NCBI GenBank assembly: GCA_010093705.1
Contig: MU006114.1
Coordinates: 186,001 to 250,000, forward strand
DNA: 64,000 nt
Direction: 5' to 3'
Source of the DNA: Patellaria atrata CBS 101060
Taxonomy: Eukaryota
Shown: in pieces, positions 11,503 through 23,391 of the stretch
Layout: each line of letters begins with the position of its first letter
Numbering within the stretch: position 1 is the stretch's first letter
Position numbers and translations under genes: made by a program
The notes under the pieces: generated by a model
The model's database searches: none
What the model saw: the letters and a program-made list of their open reading frames with translations, nothing else
Told to the model about the DNA's origin: nothing

Positions 11503-12109
11503 AAAAGATCAAACAGGACAATTTATGCAAACAAGGCAAATAAAATCGTCCTCAATGTGCCCCTACTGTATTAGAATGGTGAAGGAAACCTGTAATTCCT
11601 GTGGTCTGAAGATTATAGGACGTCACTTAAGAAGACGCTTCCTTCTCCTATTGACAAAAACCGGGCAATCATGACTTAACTTCCCCCATGATATTGTAAG
11701 TTTCAGCTCGTGCTGAACCAAAGGGAGACCAGTATGGGGATTTTATGTAAGCATCCCCCTAGGGTTATGGTGTGCATACCTTGGTCCAAGCTGTCTCTAT
11801 GAAACAACGGCAAATTAATGCAACACGATCCCTATCGTTACACTGTTTTCTAAGACTTGCAGGTCCTACTTCGCGACTTCGCGTCTTGATCTCTAATCGT
11901 ACATGATTTAGGCTTCCCATTATATTTGTTGGGTTCTAAACCCCTACAAACACACTGCTGCTTCTGTACAGTGCAATACACAGCCTGGTCGATTGTCGTA
12001 CTATTCTTAGCAGTCATCGATCTTACAGTTTTGAGTAAATGCGCTGATAACCTGGCACGTCTTCATATAATCTTATACTGTAAAGACGTAAATTCCGGGA
12101 TCGCACACG

Positions 12110-14105
12110 ATGTCTGCTGCTGCAGTCAAGAAATTACCCTCGTCAGGACCGCCGAACAAGACCAATACCACAGGTACTCCGGCATCAACGTCTCGAAGTC
12201 CCTCCAGAACGAGCACTTCCACAACAACCTCGCCCAATGGCGTTAGTAGAGCAAGATCGGTCAGAAGTGGAACAGGCACACCTTTGTCAGCACGCGCAGC
12301 TGTCAAAAAACCAGGGACACCCTCTACACTTAGCCAGAATGTATCGTCCTCAGCAGACGACGGAGATGAGGATGCCCGAGAAGAGGCGGCTGCTCTCATT
12401 CAAGACCTCAAGGAGCAGTTACAGAAAGTGGAGAATACATCGGAGGAGTATATGAAACAGATAGAGGTTCTCCAAGCCCGCTTCGACGATGCCATAAAGG
12501 ACCAAGCAAAGCTTGAGGAAAGGACCCACGAGGAAGAGGAGCGGGTAGAAAGCCTGCTAAACGAAAAGAAAGAGACTGTACGACAGATGAGGGAATTGGA
12601 AAGCATATATGAAGCCGAGCGTGCGGCAACTATGAAAGAGAAAGAGGAAGCATTAGCTCGCGAAGAGGAGTTACATGGAATAATCCAGAGATTAAAGGAG
12701 AGTTTATCACAACGTGAACCTCGCCCTGGCGTGGAAGATGAGCCAAGAATGTCAAGGACTTGTATGTGTCCACGCATGTTCTCGCTATACATCTACTGAC
12801 AATCTACAAGCGAGCTTTCGTAGTAACTCAAGAAACAGCTCAACACATGCTCTCGGCGACGGTGGCCAATTCGCTCCCCCTACATCTCTCCAACGTAGCA
12901 ATTCGAGGAGTGACTCCAAATTACTTCTTCAGAAGGATAAGTTGATCGAGTCTTTACGTCTAGAACTTGCAGAATCCCAAATCAAGCTCGTTGAAATGGA
13001 GAACATGGGTGGTGGTCGTCTTCAAGAGCTGGAGAAGGTTCTTCTTGAAACCAGGATGGCAAATGCACGTTTGATGGAAGATAATGAAAGCTTCCAACTG
13101 TTGCTTAGTGAGAAGACACTCAATGGCGATTTCTCCCGCGGTGAATTCATGCATGGTGTAAAGGAAGAGCGAGTTCCGTCCCGAGCTGGTCCTAGTACCA
13201 GCCTTGCGGACGAGCTACAGTCAGCAACTGAGCAAGATGATGATAATTCCCGTCGTCTAGAATCGGAGCTCAATCAGCTGAAGGACCAAAATAAAGCTCT
13301 TACGCTCTATATTAACAAGATTATTGAGCGCCTCCTAGCTCATAAAGGTTTCGAAACTATTCTATCGGGCGATATACAATCTCCAAATGTCAACGTCAAT
13401 AAGGATCTCCCTCCTCCACCTCCTGCTAAAGACGAAACAGACCCAGCACCTTCCTTACTTCAACGGGCGAAATCGATGGCTGCCCGTCGACCCCGTCCTG
13501 CAAGCCAAATCATGGACAAACCCGTCCTTCCTCCAACTGCAGAAAGTGTTAACACAGATCCAGCTACCGCACCGAGCATACCGCTACAACGTTCACAATC
13601 AACGCGAATTAATCCACAAAATCCTCATCGCCGTTCTACTTCCGAATGGGTTGGGGCCGCGAACGTGGTGAATAACATGTATCGTGGACCGTCCAACCCC
13701 ACTCCGCCGGCTTCTGGAACCGTGAGTCCTGGTCTTGTCTCTCCGCGCAATTCTTTTTTCGGATTTCCGAACAATTCCCAGCGCGTCCCCTCGTCAGGAT
13801 CCGCTCGCCGTCCTAGTGTCGACGATTTTGCTGGAGGTGTCTCGAACACCCCACTCGAAACAACCAGTAACTCAGATAGCGGTACTGCTATTGATGCACC
13901 ATCCCCACCACGAAGCCTTGCAAGTTCGTCTGATAGACAGGGAGGTGCCATCATGGCAGGAAATAAGATTCGCCCTCTAAGGCTAGTTCAGGAGGCTGCG
14001 GAAGATGAAGCTTTGCAGAAAAAGAATAACCGTGGTAGCTGGATGATGGGCTGGTTCGGGAAAGGGGAGAACGCGAGCCCGGGAGGTGAAAGACCTACCT
14101 CCTAA
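12110..14105 (+). CDS. Uncharacterised coiled-coil protein (exons 12110-12761, 12811-14105)
   Basis: Two long ORFs joined in frame by a 49-nt intron (GTATGT...ACTGAC...AAG); heptad-rich segments (LLETRMANARLMEDNESFQLLL, QNKALTLYINKIIERLL). Confidence 0.85.
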
Positions 14106-14874
14106 AGGGGATAGCAATGGAGAGACGAATTAGTCATTTGCGCTAACGGATACGACACTGATTAGAATGTTATGTTGCGAATGTGCATTGGGACGGAAGG
14201 TTTGTGGGACGATTTTTCATCTTTAACGAATATTTTTACTAGCTTATGGGATTAACCGTGTACACTCAGTATCTGTAGTAGTTTTATTTACCGGGAAAGA
14301 TGTACTCGAGCTCTACGTGCTGTATGTTGTAGTGTATACTTGATAGGTTTTTCAACAGAGCTCCGCCCAATTCAAGCCTCAACCCTGTGACCTTGGTGTG
14401 AACCTAGAGTACTGGGTATTGCATATCTTCACATATACTCAATGTTCTGCACAGTTATCCCACGATATCAGAAATAAGCAACATACAGGCTGAGCTTTAG
14501 GTGAATCTGGATGAGTATGACCGGGATTTACCCATTCTAGTAAACAATCCCGTAGGAGCTCCCTTCAATACTTTAAAAAAGAGTTTTTGCGATACAAAGA
14601 CTACATGACGAAATAACATGTATTCGAGATTGATGAATTATCGGACTACGTAATTTAGATCTAATGAGACTTTGTCTGTTCGCTCACTTTTTGGAAGATA
14701 GAAGGATATAACATTTTTGTGCTTCGGCAAATGATACACGTTGCAGTTTTGAAGACGGGTCCTCACCTCTTGCATTTGAATACTGAGTAAAACTACTCGA
14801 CCCAGCAATTGAGACACACATTTGATATGCAGGTGTTTCCTATTTCAAGGTCTTTGGAAACATAGATTCTCACC

Positions 14875-17800
14875 ATGATAACCCTTCGCTGGCTTTCACG
14901 AATTGAAGCCCTGCTTTTCCTTACATCGTTTCAGTCGCTACACGTTCAGGGCAGTCCTGCAGTTAATGTGGCTCTGAAAGCTTCTTTTAACTCTGCTCCT
15001 TTTTTAGTTGAACTTTTGTAAGATCACCGGACGCCTTTATTCAGCGGGAATCTAATGTTCTATAGAGAAACAGCGGCAGACGAAAACTCCACATCCTACT
15101 TCCCCTTGCTAGACCGAATCGCGGACGGGTATTTCAAGCAGACAACAGATCGCGAGCTATACGACTCCTTTTTACGGCTATTGCAGGACGACGGCCATAT
15201 CACCGACCCTAATGCTCTCTCATCCTTCGAATTAGCACTCTCCCTCCGGACCGCCGCACCCAGAATAGAAGCCCACTATCAGTTTTATAATACATCCGTC
15301 GAGCCATCGCTCCCTAGGGAAGGGGTAGAATGTGAAACATGGATAGAATTTGGTGGGAAGCAGTACTGTACACCTGTACTGAGTGAAGAGAAGGGGGAGG
15401 TAAAAAATCATATGTAGGTTTATATATATTTGTTTGAATACGGCATTAGTTAACTAGTGGTCTAGAGACCATGTTTTACCGTTCGATAGAATCCTCGGAG
15501 ATTCTGCTAATCCCATATCTTCCATTTTATATACCGACATAACGTCACCGGAATTCAGTAAATTCCATAAAACAGTCATCAGTACCGCAAAAGGGGGTGT
15601 AACATCGTATCGCATACGACATAAACCTCCCAAGTCATTCAATGGTCAGTCTGTAACAGTCAATGGGTATGGTGTCGAGCTTGCTTTGAAGAGAACGGAC
15701 TATATTGTCATAGATGATCGACAAGACGAAAATGCGGTTACAGAAGCGGTGAAGCCTCCAGAGGCAACTCTAGGAGATGAAGAAATTGCAGATCTAAAGC
15801 CTCTTTCTCAATCAGAGCTTTTGGAACTAGGCGTAAAAGCAGCCAGTTTTGTCTTGAATAACCCTGATCCAATGGATACGCTACTCAAGCTCTCCCAGGA
15901 TTTTCCTAAACACTCTCATGCTGTTAGTGCACATAATATCTCCGCTGATTTTCTTGCCGAGCATCGTGCAAATCGAGCTCTTATTGTTCCAGCAGGTTAC
16001 AACGTCCTTTGGGTCAATGGATTGCAAATCAGTCCTCGCGAGATCGATGCGTTTTCCCTTCTGGAACGTCTAAGGCGGGAAAGAAAGTTGGTAGGCGGCG
16101 TGCAAGGACTGGGTCTATCTGGTCGACAAGCTATTAATGTCCTATCTCACAAAGCTATTACTGAAGTACAATCAAGCGACGACCCTCAACGCTATGATTT
16201 TAGGGATGAGATTGAGGGTGGTAATGTCATACTATGGATGAATAATATTGAGAAGGACAAGAGATATCAAGATTGGCCGGAAACCTTGAATGCGGTAAGT
16301 AGAATACAATTCAACGATGACCCGTGGTTTAACGAAGATATAGCTTCTTCAACGGACATTTCCAGGGCAGTTACCATCAATTCGAAAAGATATACACAAT
16401 GCCGTGATGCCAGTTGACTTCACCAATATGAGGGATATCTCGATTGTGGTTGAGACTCTTCAAAACTTCGTTCGGCGCAAAGTACCGATTCGGTTCGGGC
16501 TTGTGCCAATTACTGATAGTACTGAGGCGACTGAACAAGCTCGACTTATCTATCACCTCCTAGATACCTATGGTCTAGGCGCTGTTATGGATTACCTTGA
16601 GCAAGTAAGTAGTTTTCACGTAATCTTCCCGAAGCTGGATATGTTGTTAATGTTACTAGTCGATATCTAACAAGCCGAGAACTTCTCCACACAGAGAGCA
16701 TTTTGAATCCGCAATTGGCCGTGCTAAGCTCCGGAAAGACGCCACCGCACGCTCATTTCAAGAGGTTCTTAAGTTAGAAGAACTCGAGGCTAGGATCGCC
16801 TCTGCAAAGAAATATCTAAACCGGCTCGGTGCTGATACTAAAAATGGTCCATTTTTCATGAATGGAATTGCTATACCACGAGATGATGATTGGATGCAAA
16901 ACATGAGTGATAGGCTCAGAATTGACCTGCAGACGATCCAACGTGGCGTGTTCGAGGAATTATTCGAAGAAGATACCTGGCTACCACAATACTTCCTTTT
17001 CCAAGCTTCAACCCGACGGAATCCCCTTGTGATCCCGGAAAATGAGAAAACTATCAAGGTAATTGATATGGCTCATATTCATGCGGAACACACACAGGCA
17101 TTTGATGGGTTACCGAGTGTTACAATAAATAGCGACGAGAAGGACAAATGGGCACACCTACTTGTCATAGCGGATTTTGATTCCAAACATGGGTTGGACC
17201 TTCTTACTGCAGCTAAAGAATTCCGCAAGGAACATGATGGTGTTCAGTTAATTTTACTACATAGCGGCACTCCAGCGCAAGAGGAGGCTACGTCAGCTCG
17301 ACTGTTCAGTATCGGGCGGCATGCATATGTGGAAAGTCTTGATGACCTGACAAAACCAGCAGATGGTAGTAGTCTCACTGCTGCGTTCAAACATTGGACG
17401 CTTAGTAAACCGCTGGTCAAAGCCCTTGGATTTGAACCCGGACAGGCTGGTCTTATCTTAAATGGAAGAGCTGTAGGACCAATTCCACCAACTCAAGGGT
17501 TTTCCAAGGATGATTTCGATACCCTTCTCTCATACGAAATAAAGAGACGCATCCAACCAGCAATCACTGCTGCTAAGGATTCTGGGTTGGATGATAAGAT
17601 TACAGATCCCTTCACCGCCGCTAAACTATCCTCACTCATTGCCCTCTCTATGGTATCAGATGTTCCAGAGGGAATCTTTGAGTCAACTCCAACCACAAGG
17701 ACAGACATTTTCAAAATGTGGAATTCCACTTATACGGCCATCGAGGTAGGAGACTATGATACAGCAGTCATACAGCTAGTTGCATCTGTTGATCCTTCGT

Positions 17801-19569
17801 CCGAAGCTGCCCAACGTTGGCTTCCGATATTGAAAGTGCTCTCTGAGCTAAATGGAGTTCACTTAACTTTATACCTTAATCCCAGAGAGAGGCTAGAAGA
17901 GTTGCCTGTGAAGCGCTTCTACCGCTATATTATGGAGTCGAAACCCAAATTCGCAGAGGACGGTTCATTAAAAGGCCTTGCAGCACGGTTTAAAGGTTTA
18001 CCTGCGGAGGCTCTGCTTACTATGGGAATGGATGTACCTCCTTCCTGGTTGGTTGCTCCACAGGTCTCAGTCCATGATCTAGACAACATCAAAATCAGCT
18101 CTCTAAAGACTGATTCGAATATTGATGCAGTTTACGAGCTTGAGCACATTTTGATCGAGGGACACTCGCGTGACAGCGGCGCCCAAGGAAGCCCCCCTCG
18201 AGGAGCTCAGGTTGTTCTCTCCACGGAGAAGAATCCTCATGTTGCTGATACCATCATCATGGCCAATCTTGGATATCTACAGTTCAAGGCAAATCCTGGG
18301 TTCTTCAGGATTGAACTCGAGAAAGGCCGTAGCCGAGATATCTTTAGCCTTGACAGTGCAGGAACCCAAGGGTATAACCCGGTGCCCGGTGATGAGAATA
18401 CAGAGATAGCTCTGATGAGCTTTCAAGGCGTTACGCTATATCCTCGCCTTTCACGTAAACCAGGAATGGAAGATGAAGACGTTCTAGATATACCAGAAAC
18501 TGTAGTCGACAACCTCGCAGCTAAAGGTGCCAAGCTAGCAGATACCCTACTAGCTAAAGTAGGTCTGAAAGAAGTCAATACTGGTAAATATGTCTCCCAA
18601 GCGCAGAGTTTCTTATCGCGCTTCAAATCTCGGACCGGAATCACTGATCTTATACCAGCATCTTCTAGTCAAGCTGATATTAACATCTTTTCGGTTGCAA
18701 GCGGACATCTTTATGAGCGAATGTTGAATATCATGATGCTCAGCGTTATGAAGCACACTAACCACACCGTCAAATTCTGGTTCATTGAGCAATTCCTCTC
18801 ACCCAGCTTTAAAGAATTCCTCCCCACCATGGCCGCCGAGTACAACTTCCAATATGAAATGGTGACCTACAAATGGCCGCACTGGCTCCGGGCGCAAAAG
18901 GAGAAGCAAAGGGAAATCTGGGGCTACAAGATCCTCTTCCTCGACGTGCTCTTCCCCCTCAACCTCGACAAAGTCATCTTCGTCGACGCCGACCAAATCG
19001 TCCGCACCGATATGTACGAGCTCGTGCAACACGACCTCCAAGGCGCGCCCTACGGCTTCACCCCCATGTGCGACTCCCGCACCGAGATGGAAGGCTTCCG
19101 TTTCTGGAAACAAGGATACTGGAAAAACTTCCTGCGCGGCCTTCCCTACCATATCTCCGCCCTCTACGTTGTCGACCTCGTGCGCTTCCGGCAAATAGCG
19201 GCTGGTGACCGACTGCGGCAGCAGTACCACCAGCTCTCCGCCGACCCGGCCAGTCTGAGCAACTTGGACCAGGACCTCCCGAATAACATGCAGATGCAGC
19301 TCCCGATCCATAGTTTGCCGCAGGAGTGGCTGTGGTGCGAGACATGGTGTTCGGACGAGAGCTTGGGCGCCGCCAAGACGATCGATCTGTGCAATAATCC
19401 GATGACGAAGGAGCCCAAGTTGGATAGGGCGAGGAGGCAGGTGCCGGAGTGGACAAGGTACGATGAGGAGATTGCGGCGTTGGCGAGACGGGTTAGGGGC
19501 GTGAAGAGTGAGGTCGTGACGAAAGGGGAACGGGGGCTACATGAGCTGCCGAGGAGGGATGAGTTGTAA
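14875..19569 (+). CDS. KRE5: UDP-glucose:glycoprotein glucosyltransferase, GT24 (exons 14875-15017, 15066-15413, 15466-16294, 16344-16604, 16660-19569)
   Basis: Signal peptide; GYGVELALKRTDYIVIDDR; catalytic domain INIFSVASGHLYER, IFVDAD, DQDLPNN, WCETWC; ends in RDEL ER-retention signal. Confidence 0.97.
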
Positions 19570-19706
19570 GATTTACAGTAGTTAGAGTTATAGATTGAAA
19601 CGTATGAAATTTGTATGATTCTTTCACATATGGGTTAGAGTGATATATCACCACTCATCTTTAAGAGTTCCTGTACCGTACAGCCATGATTGTGAGCATG
19701 TGATAT

Positions 19707-19949
19707 CCTCAGGGGGAACCCATTCACAAAAGAGTCACATAAATTACAAACGCTGCACCCGGAATTCTTCCAGTAGCTTATGAAAAACATTTCGGCAACC
19801 GTTTGCCATAACCCCCGGGTTAATAGCCTAGTGGCAAACCCACTAGGCACCATCGAGAACCCCGGGGGTCGAATCCCCGAGGGGGCAACTTGCCCCCATA
19901 TCTCGGGCCCCATCTGGGGCAGCAGATGTACCATGTACCTCCCCTGAGG
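19707..19949. repeat. Hairpin-dense GC-rich element bounded by a 9-bp inverted repeat (CCTCAGGGG / CCCCTGAGG)
   Basis: At least six short perfect stem-loops packed into 19795-19920; see findings. Confidence 0.5.
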
Positions 19950-19985
19950 GCGTGAGAACTGTTTTGCATTTCTTTTCTTTTTTTT

Positions 19986-20085
19986 NNNNNNNNNNNNNNN
20001 NNNNNNNNNNNNNNNNNNNNNNNNNNNNNNNNNNNNNNNNNNNNNNNNNNNNNNNNNNNNNNNNNNNNNNNNNNNNNNNNNNNNN
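19986..20085. other. Assembly gap (100 N)
   Basis: Run of N after a poly-T tract. Confidence 1.
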
Positions 20086-21173
20086 TGGTTGTTTGTAGAT
20101 TTCGGTTATTGCGTTGTCCTTTGTGATATCTCCTCAGTGCTCTGTCTCTAGATTAACGTTGAGGAACGTGGAAGGCTATTTGGCCGAACGGGATCAAAAT
20201 ACACGCAAAGATCCCAATCTCTATTTTATGATCTAGGGGAGTGTTAGGCTTGATACAGGCTTTCTTGGATTCAATGCGCTGCTTAGCATTCACATCATTC
20301 CCCAGTGTCAATTCAACTAGAGCAGGTAACTAGGAAAGGGTTGGCCTTCAAGCTTAAGCCCCTAGGCCTGACGATGGTGGGAGAAGGGGTTTCGCCTTCT
20401 TTGTAAGTGCGTTCTCTTCATCGCTTGTTTTACGTGTTTTCCGCAGCGATACAAAATAGAGGTATATTCCATGTCTTAACCTAGGTCATTCGATATTACG
20501 TCGTCCTGGGATAGAGCTCTGATAAGTCCTGTTTTGGCAATAAAGGTGGCTTTTGCGAGTTTGAGCAGCATGGGCAAATCTAAAAGGTTAGTGGCGGACT
20601 ATGGAATTAAGTGGCTCATGGAGACCTTCATGAAATTGACTGCCTGAGATACAAAGTTCACTCTAAGCTGAGGCATTGATAACACGGAGTAGCGAAACGG
20701 AAAACATCAAATATTGACGCAAAACCAATCAGGGAGCTCTGTTGATCATGATGGAGTTATTAAACATTGTTAAATGAAACAAAAGCTGGGAATCGTTGTT
20801 ATTGAAGGTTGGAAATAAGACCACGCTGAGATGCATTGACGTCGCCTACCGTAACCACTAATAATACACCACGTACAGGATAATGCCTCGTGTAAACCAT
20901 TCATGGTACAAAATAGGTACCTCTTGACCAAGGAATCGAACCATAAGCCATGACCGGGTATCAACGTAGTGCCATGACAGCGGAAATAGAAATCTAGGGT
21001 CTCTATGCAATGACAAAACCTAGCCCAACGTGACGATGAGGAACCTTTCTAAAGTTGGATGAGAAACCAAGGAAAATGACAGAAAGTACATCAGATGCTC
21101 CCGCTCTTCCCATTCAAAAAAAAATGACGTTGACTAAAACTATGTGGTAGCTAAAGCTTGGCGAATGGTCTGA

Positions 21174-22103
21174 TCAGCCCTCGCCAGACCCCGAATCTAA
21201 ATCAATTGCCATAGGATCCGATACCCTCCAAAAGGGTAGTGCGTCCAGTGTAAAGTCCTCAATATCGGAAGGAAGGGAGGGTGGCCCTCTGTCAACACCA
21301 CTCTCAGGTTCTGAGACCTCGACGATGTGTGGATGTGGCATGTCCTCAAAGATCAACGACGAGCGATCTCCAGGGCCTCTAACCCGCCGCCTAAGTCTTC
21401 TTGCGCTTGAGCCAACATCGTGAGCATCCAAAGCCTCCACATCCTCCATATCAGAGTCACTACCAACACTTTGACTATGGCTACGCTTGAAAACTCCAGC
21501 ACTCCAACGTTTCTTTTTTGCTCTGTAGCGTCGTGTTTGTTCGTCACTCTCAGAATCCGCTTCGCAGTTCAATTGCTGAAAGCTATCAACAATCCCCGTG
21601 TGGCTACCGCTGTCTCTTTTGGTTGCATTTTCACTCCTTGCGTCTTCGAATTGGTCCGGTCTGACAACCTCCGTTTCGCTATCATTCTCAGCATCACTCT
21701 CAGTAATCTCTTCAATAGTGAAGTCAGCGTCATCAGCCATACGAGACTGCACAGAGTGATACATGGAAGCTGGTAACTCCTGGGAGCTTTTCTCATCTTC
21801 TGAATCTTCCGGAAGCGATAGCCGCTCATAATCCGAGGGAGTCGATGGTCGAGATTGAGTTTCAGTTTTCTCAGTTTCTTGTGGCCTTGTATAGTTGAAT
21901 GATGGACCCTGGCCGATAGGTGCGATATGCTCCAACGGGGGTGAATGCGCCGGACCTATGAATCCCATGCGCTTGTAATTTGGTGATGTATGACTAGCCA
22001 TCGAAGGAAAGCGTGAATGCGTGCTATTTACTGGTGTTGCGGGAGGAGAAGTAGGTCGATTGGTTGGTGGGTTGAAAGCTTGCGACTGACTCGACCCCTC
22101 CAT
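21174..22103 (-). CDS. Uncharacterised 309-aa Ser/acidic-rich protein, single exon
   Basis: ATG-initiated ORF with basic clusters (RRYRAKKKRWS, ARRLRRRVRGP) resembling nuclear localisation signals. Confidence 0.75.
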   Translation of the reverse strand: MEGSSQSQAFNPPTNRPTSPPATPVNSTHSRFPSMASHTSPNYKRMGFIGPAHSPPLEHIAPIGQGPSFNYTRPQETEKTETQSRPSTPSDYERLSLPEDSEDEKSSQELPASMYHSVQSRMADDADFTIEEITESDAENDSETEVVRPDQFEDARSENATKRDSGSHTGIVDSFQQLNCEADSESDEQTRRYRAKKKRWSAGVFKRSHSQSVGSDSDMEDVEALDAHDVGSSARRLRRRVRGPGDRSSLIFEDMPHPHIVEVSEPESGVDRGPPSLPSDIEDFTLDALPFWRVSDPMAIDLDSGSGEG

Positions 22104-23391
22104 AGTTATGACAGTTGACGAGAGGAGACTCCTACAATATTTCGGAGGTTTTTCTAGAGATGAAAGAAAGACAAAATGAAGAAGTCAAATACTCTAAGGG
22201 ACCGGAATCCGGTAGAGTCTAGGTTTGCGTAATATGACCTTTGTGTACAGTTTCATTTTTTTGGAGATAAAAGGACCTTTCGATTGCTATAGTTCTGAGC
22301 AATCGATATGTGAGGCGGATAGCGGGGGACCCTTTTTCAAAAGTCGAACCCTGCAAATGGCTTGGCTTATCGAGAAAAAGGGAGAAAAAAATATAGGTTC
22401 AGTATGGCAGCAATGCAGAAATACAAGTCAACAATGAGCAAAGATTGCCCAGTGAGTGGCGGATGGAGCGCAGGCAGAACAAGTACCTACTCCGTATTTT
22501 GGCTGAGTTGTGGAAAAGCACAAGTAAAAATATGCGACGAGCGCGGGAGTACTGATGATGTGTTGTTCACGTTCCCTTGCGTGCAGGATGCGCTCTTTTG
22601 CATGGGCACCTGTAGGTCACTGAATGGGCTGAATCGATCAGAATGATTCGAATGATGCTATTCAAGCTGTTTCAGGCTTGACCTTTGAATGATTTGGCCC
22701 GTCGGCGTTGGACAGGCGTTCCTTGACCCGAAGTATCGACCCAAGTCATGATATGTGTCGGCCATCAATTTGTGTGGGTGCTGTCGCTAATAGCATTGTG
22801 CATCGAGCAATCTCGCGCTGCGTCCTCAATCGTCCGACTTCAGGCCAATGACAATATCCAACTTGATTAGATCCATCACGGTCGAGCGCAGCCTGCAGAA
22901 GATCAGCAATTGGAAGATCTGGAAGCGCGGAGTGATTGAAGAGAATGAAAAGGCATGAAAAGGGTAGCCTACATGTAACGGCGGCTTGGAGGACGGAACT
23001 GGTGACTGGGAAGGACTTCCGTAGGTTGGTGGTTAGGGATCGATCACGTGCATTGAAAAGGCCCTGGTAACCCTGAGGTGGGAAACGGCCGTAGAGCAAA
23101 CATATCAAACATAGCAAACACTGTTTTGTCTTGACCTTAGTCATCAATCGCTTGATCACTCCCGCCAAGGAACGAAATGTGAGCTGCATCTCGCATAGGG
23201 ACACATATCAGGGTCTATTGGTGGCAGCAATCAGAAGAGATAATATTGCGGTAAAAGGGCATGAAAAAGTTTACTGCTACTTCTACCTTCGCAATTACTA
23301 TCATCCGAGTTCCCACCACACGTCTACATCTACACACTGTAGGGGTTGTTCCTTCCCATATCTGAAGCTGCGGCTTCACCCTCAATCCACC

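Noticed and set aside
19817..19887. Functional tRNA gene
   Set aside because: T-arm-like stem only; acceptor, D and anticodon stems do not pair and the loop is GTCGAAT.
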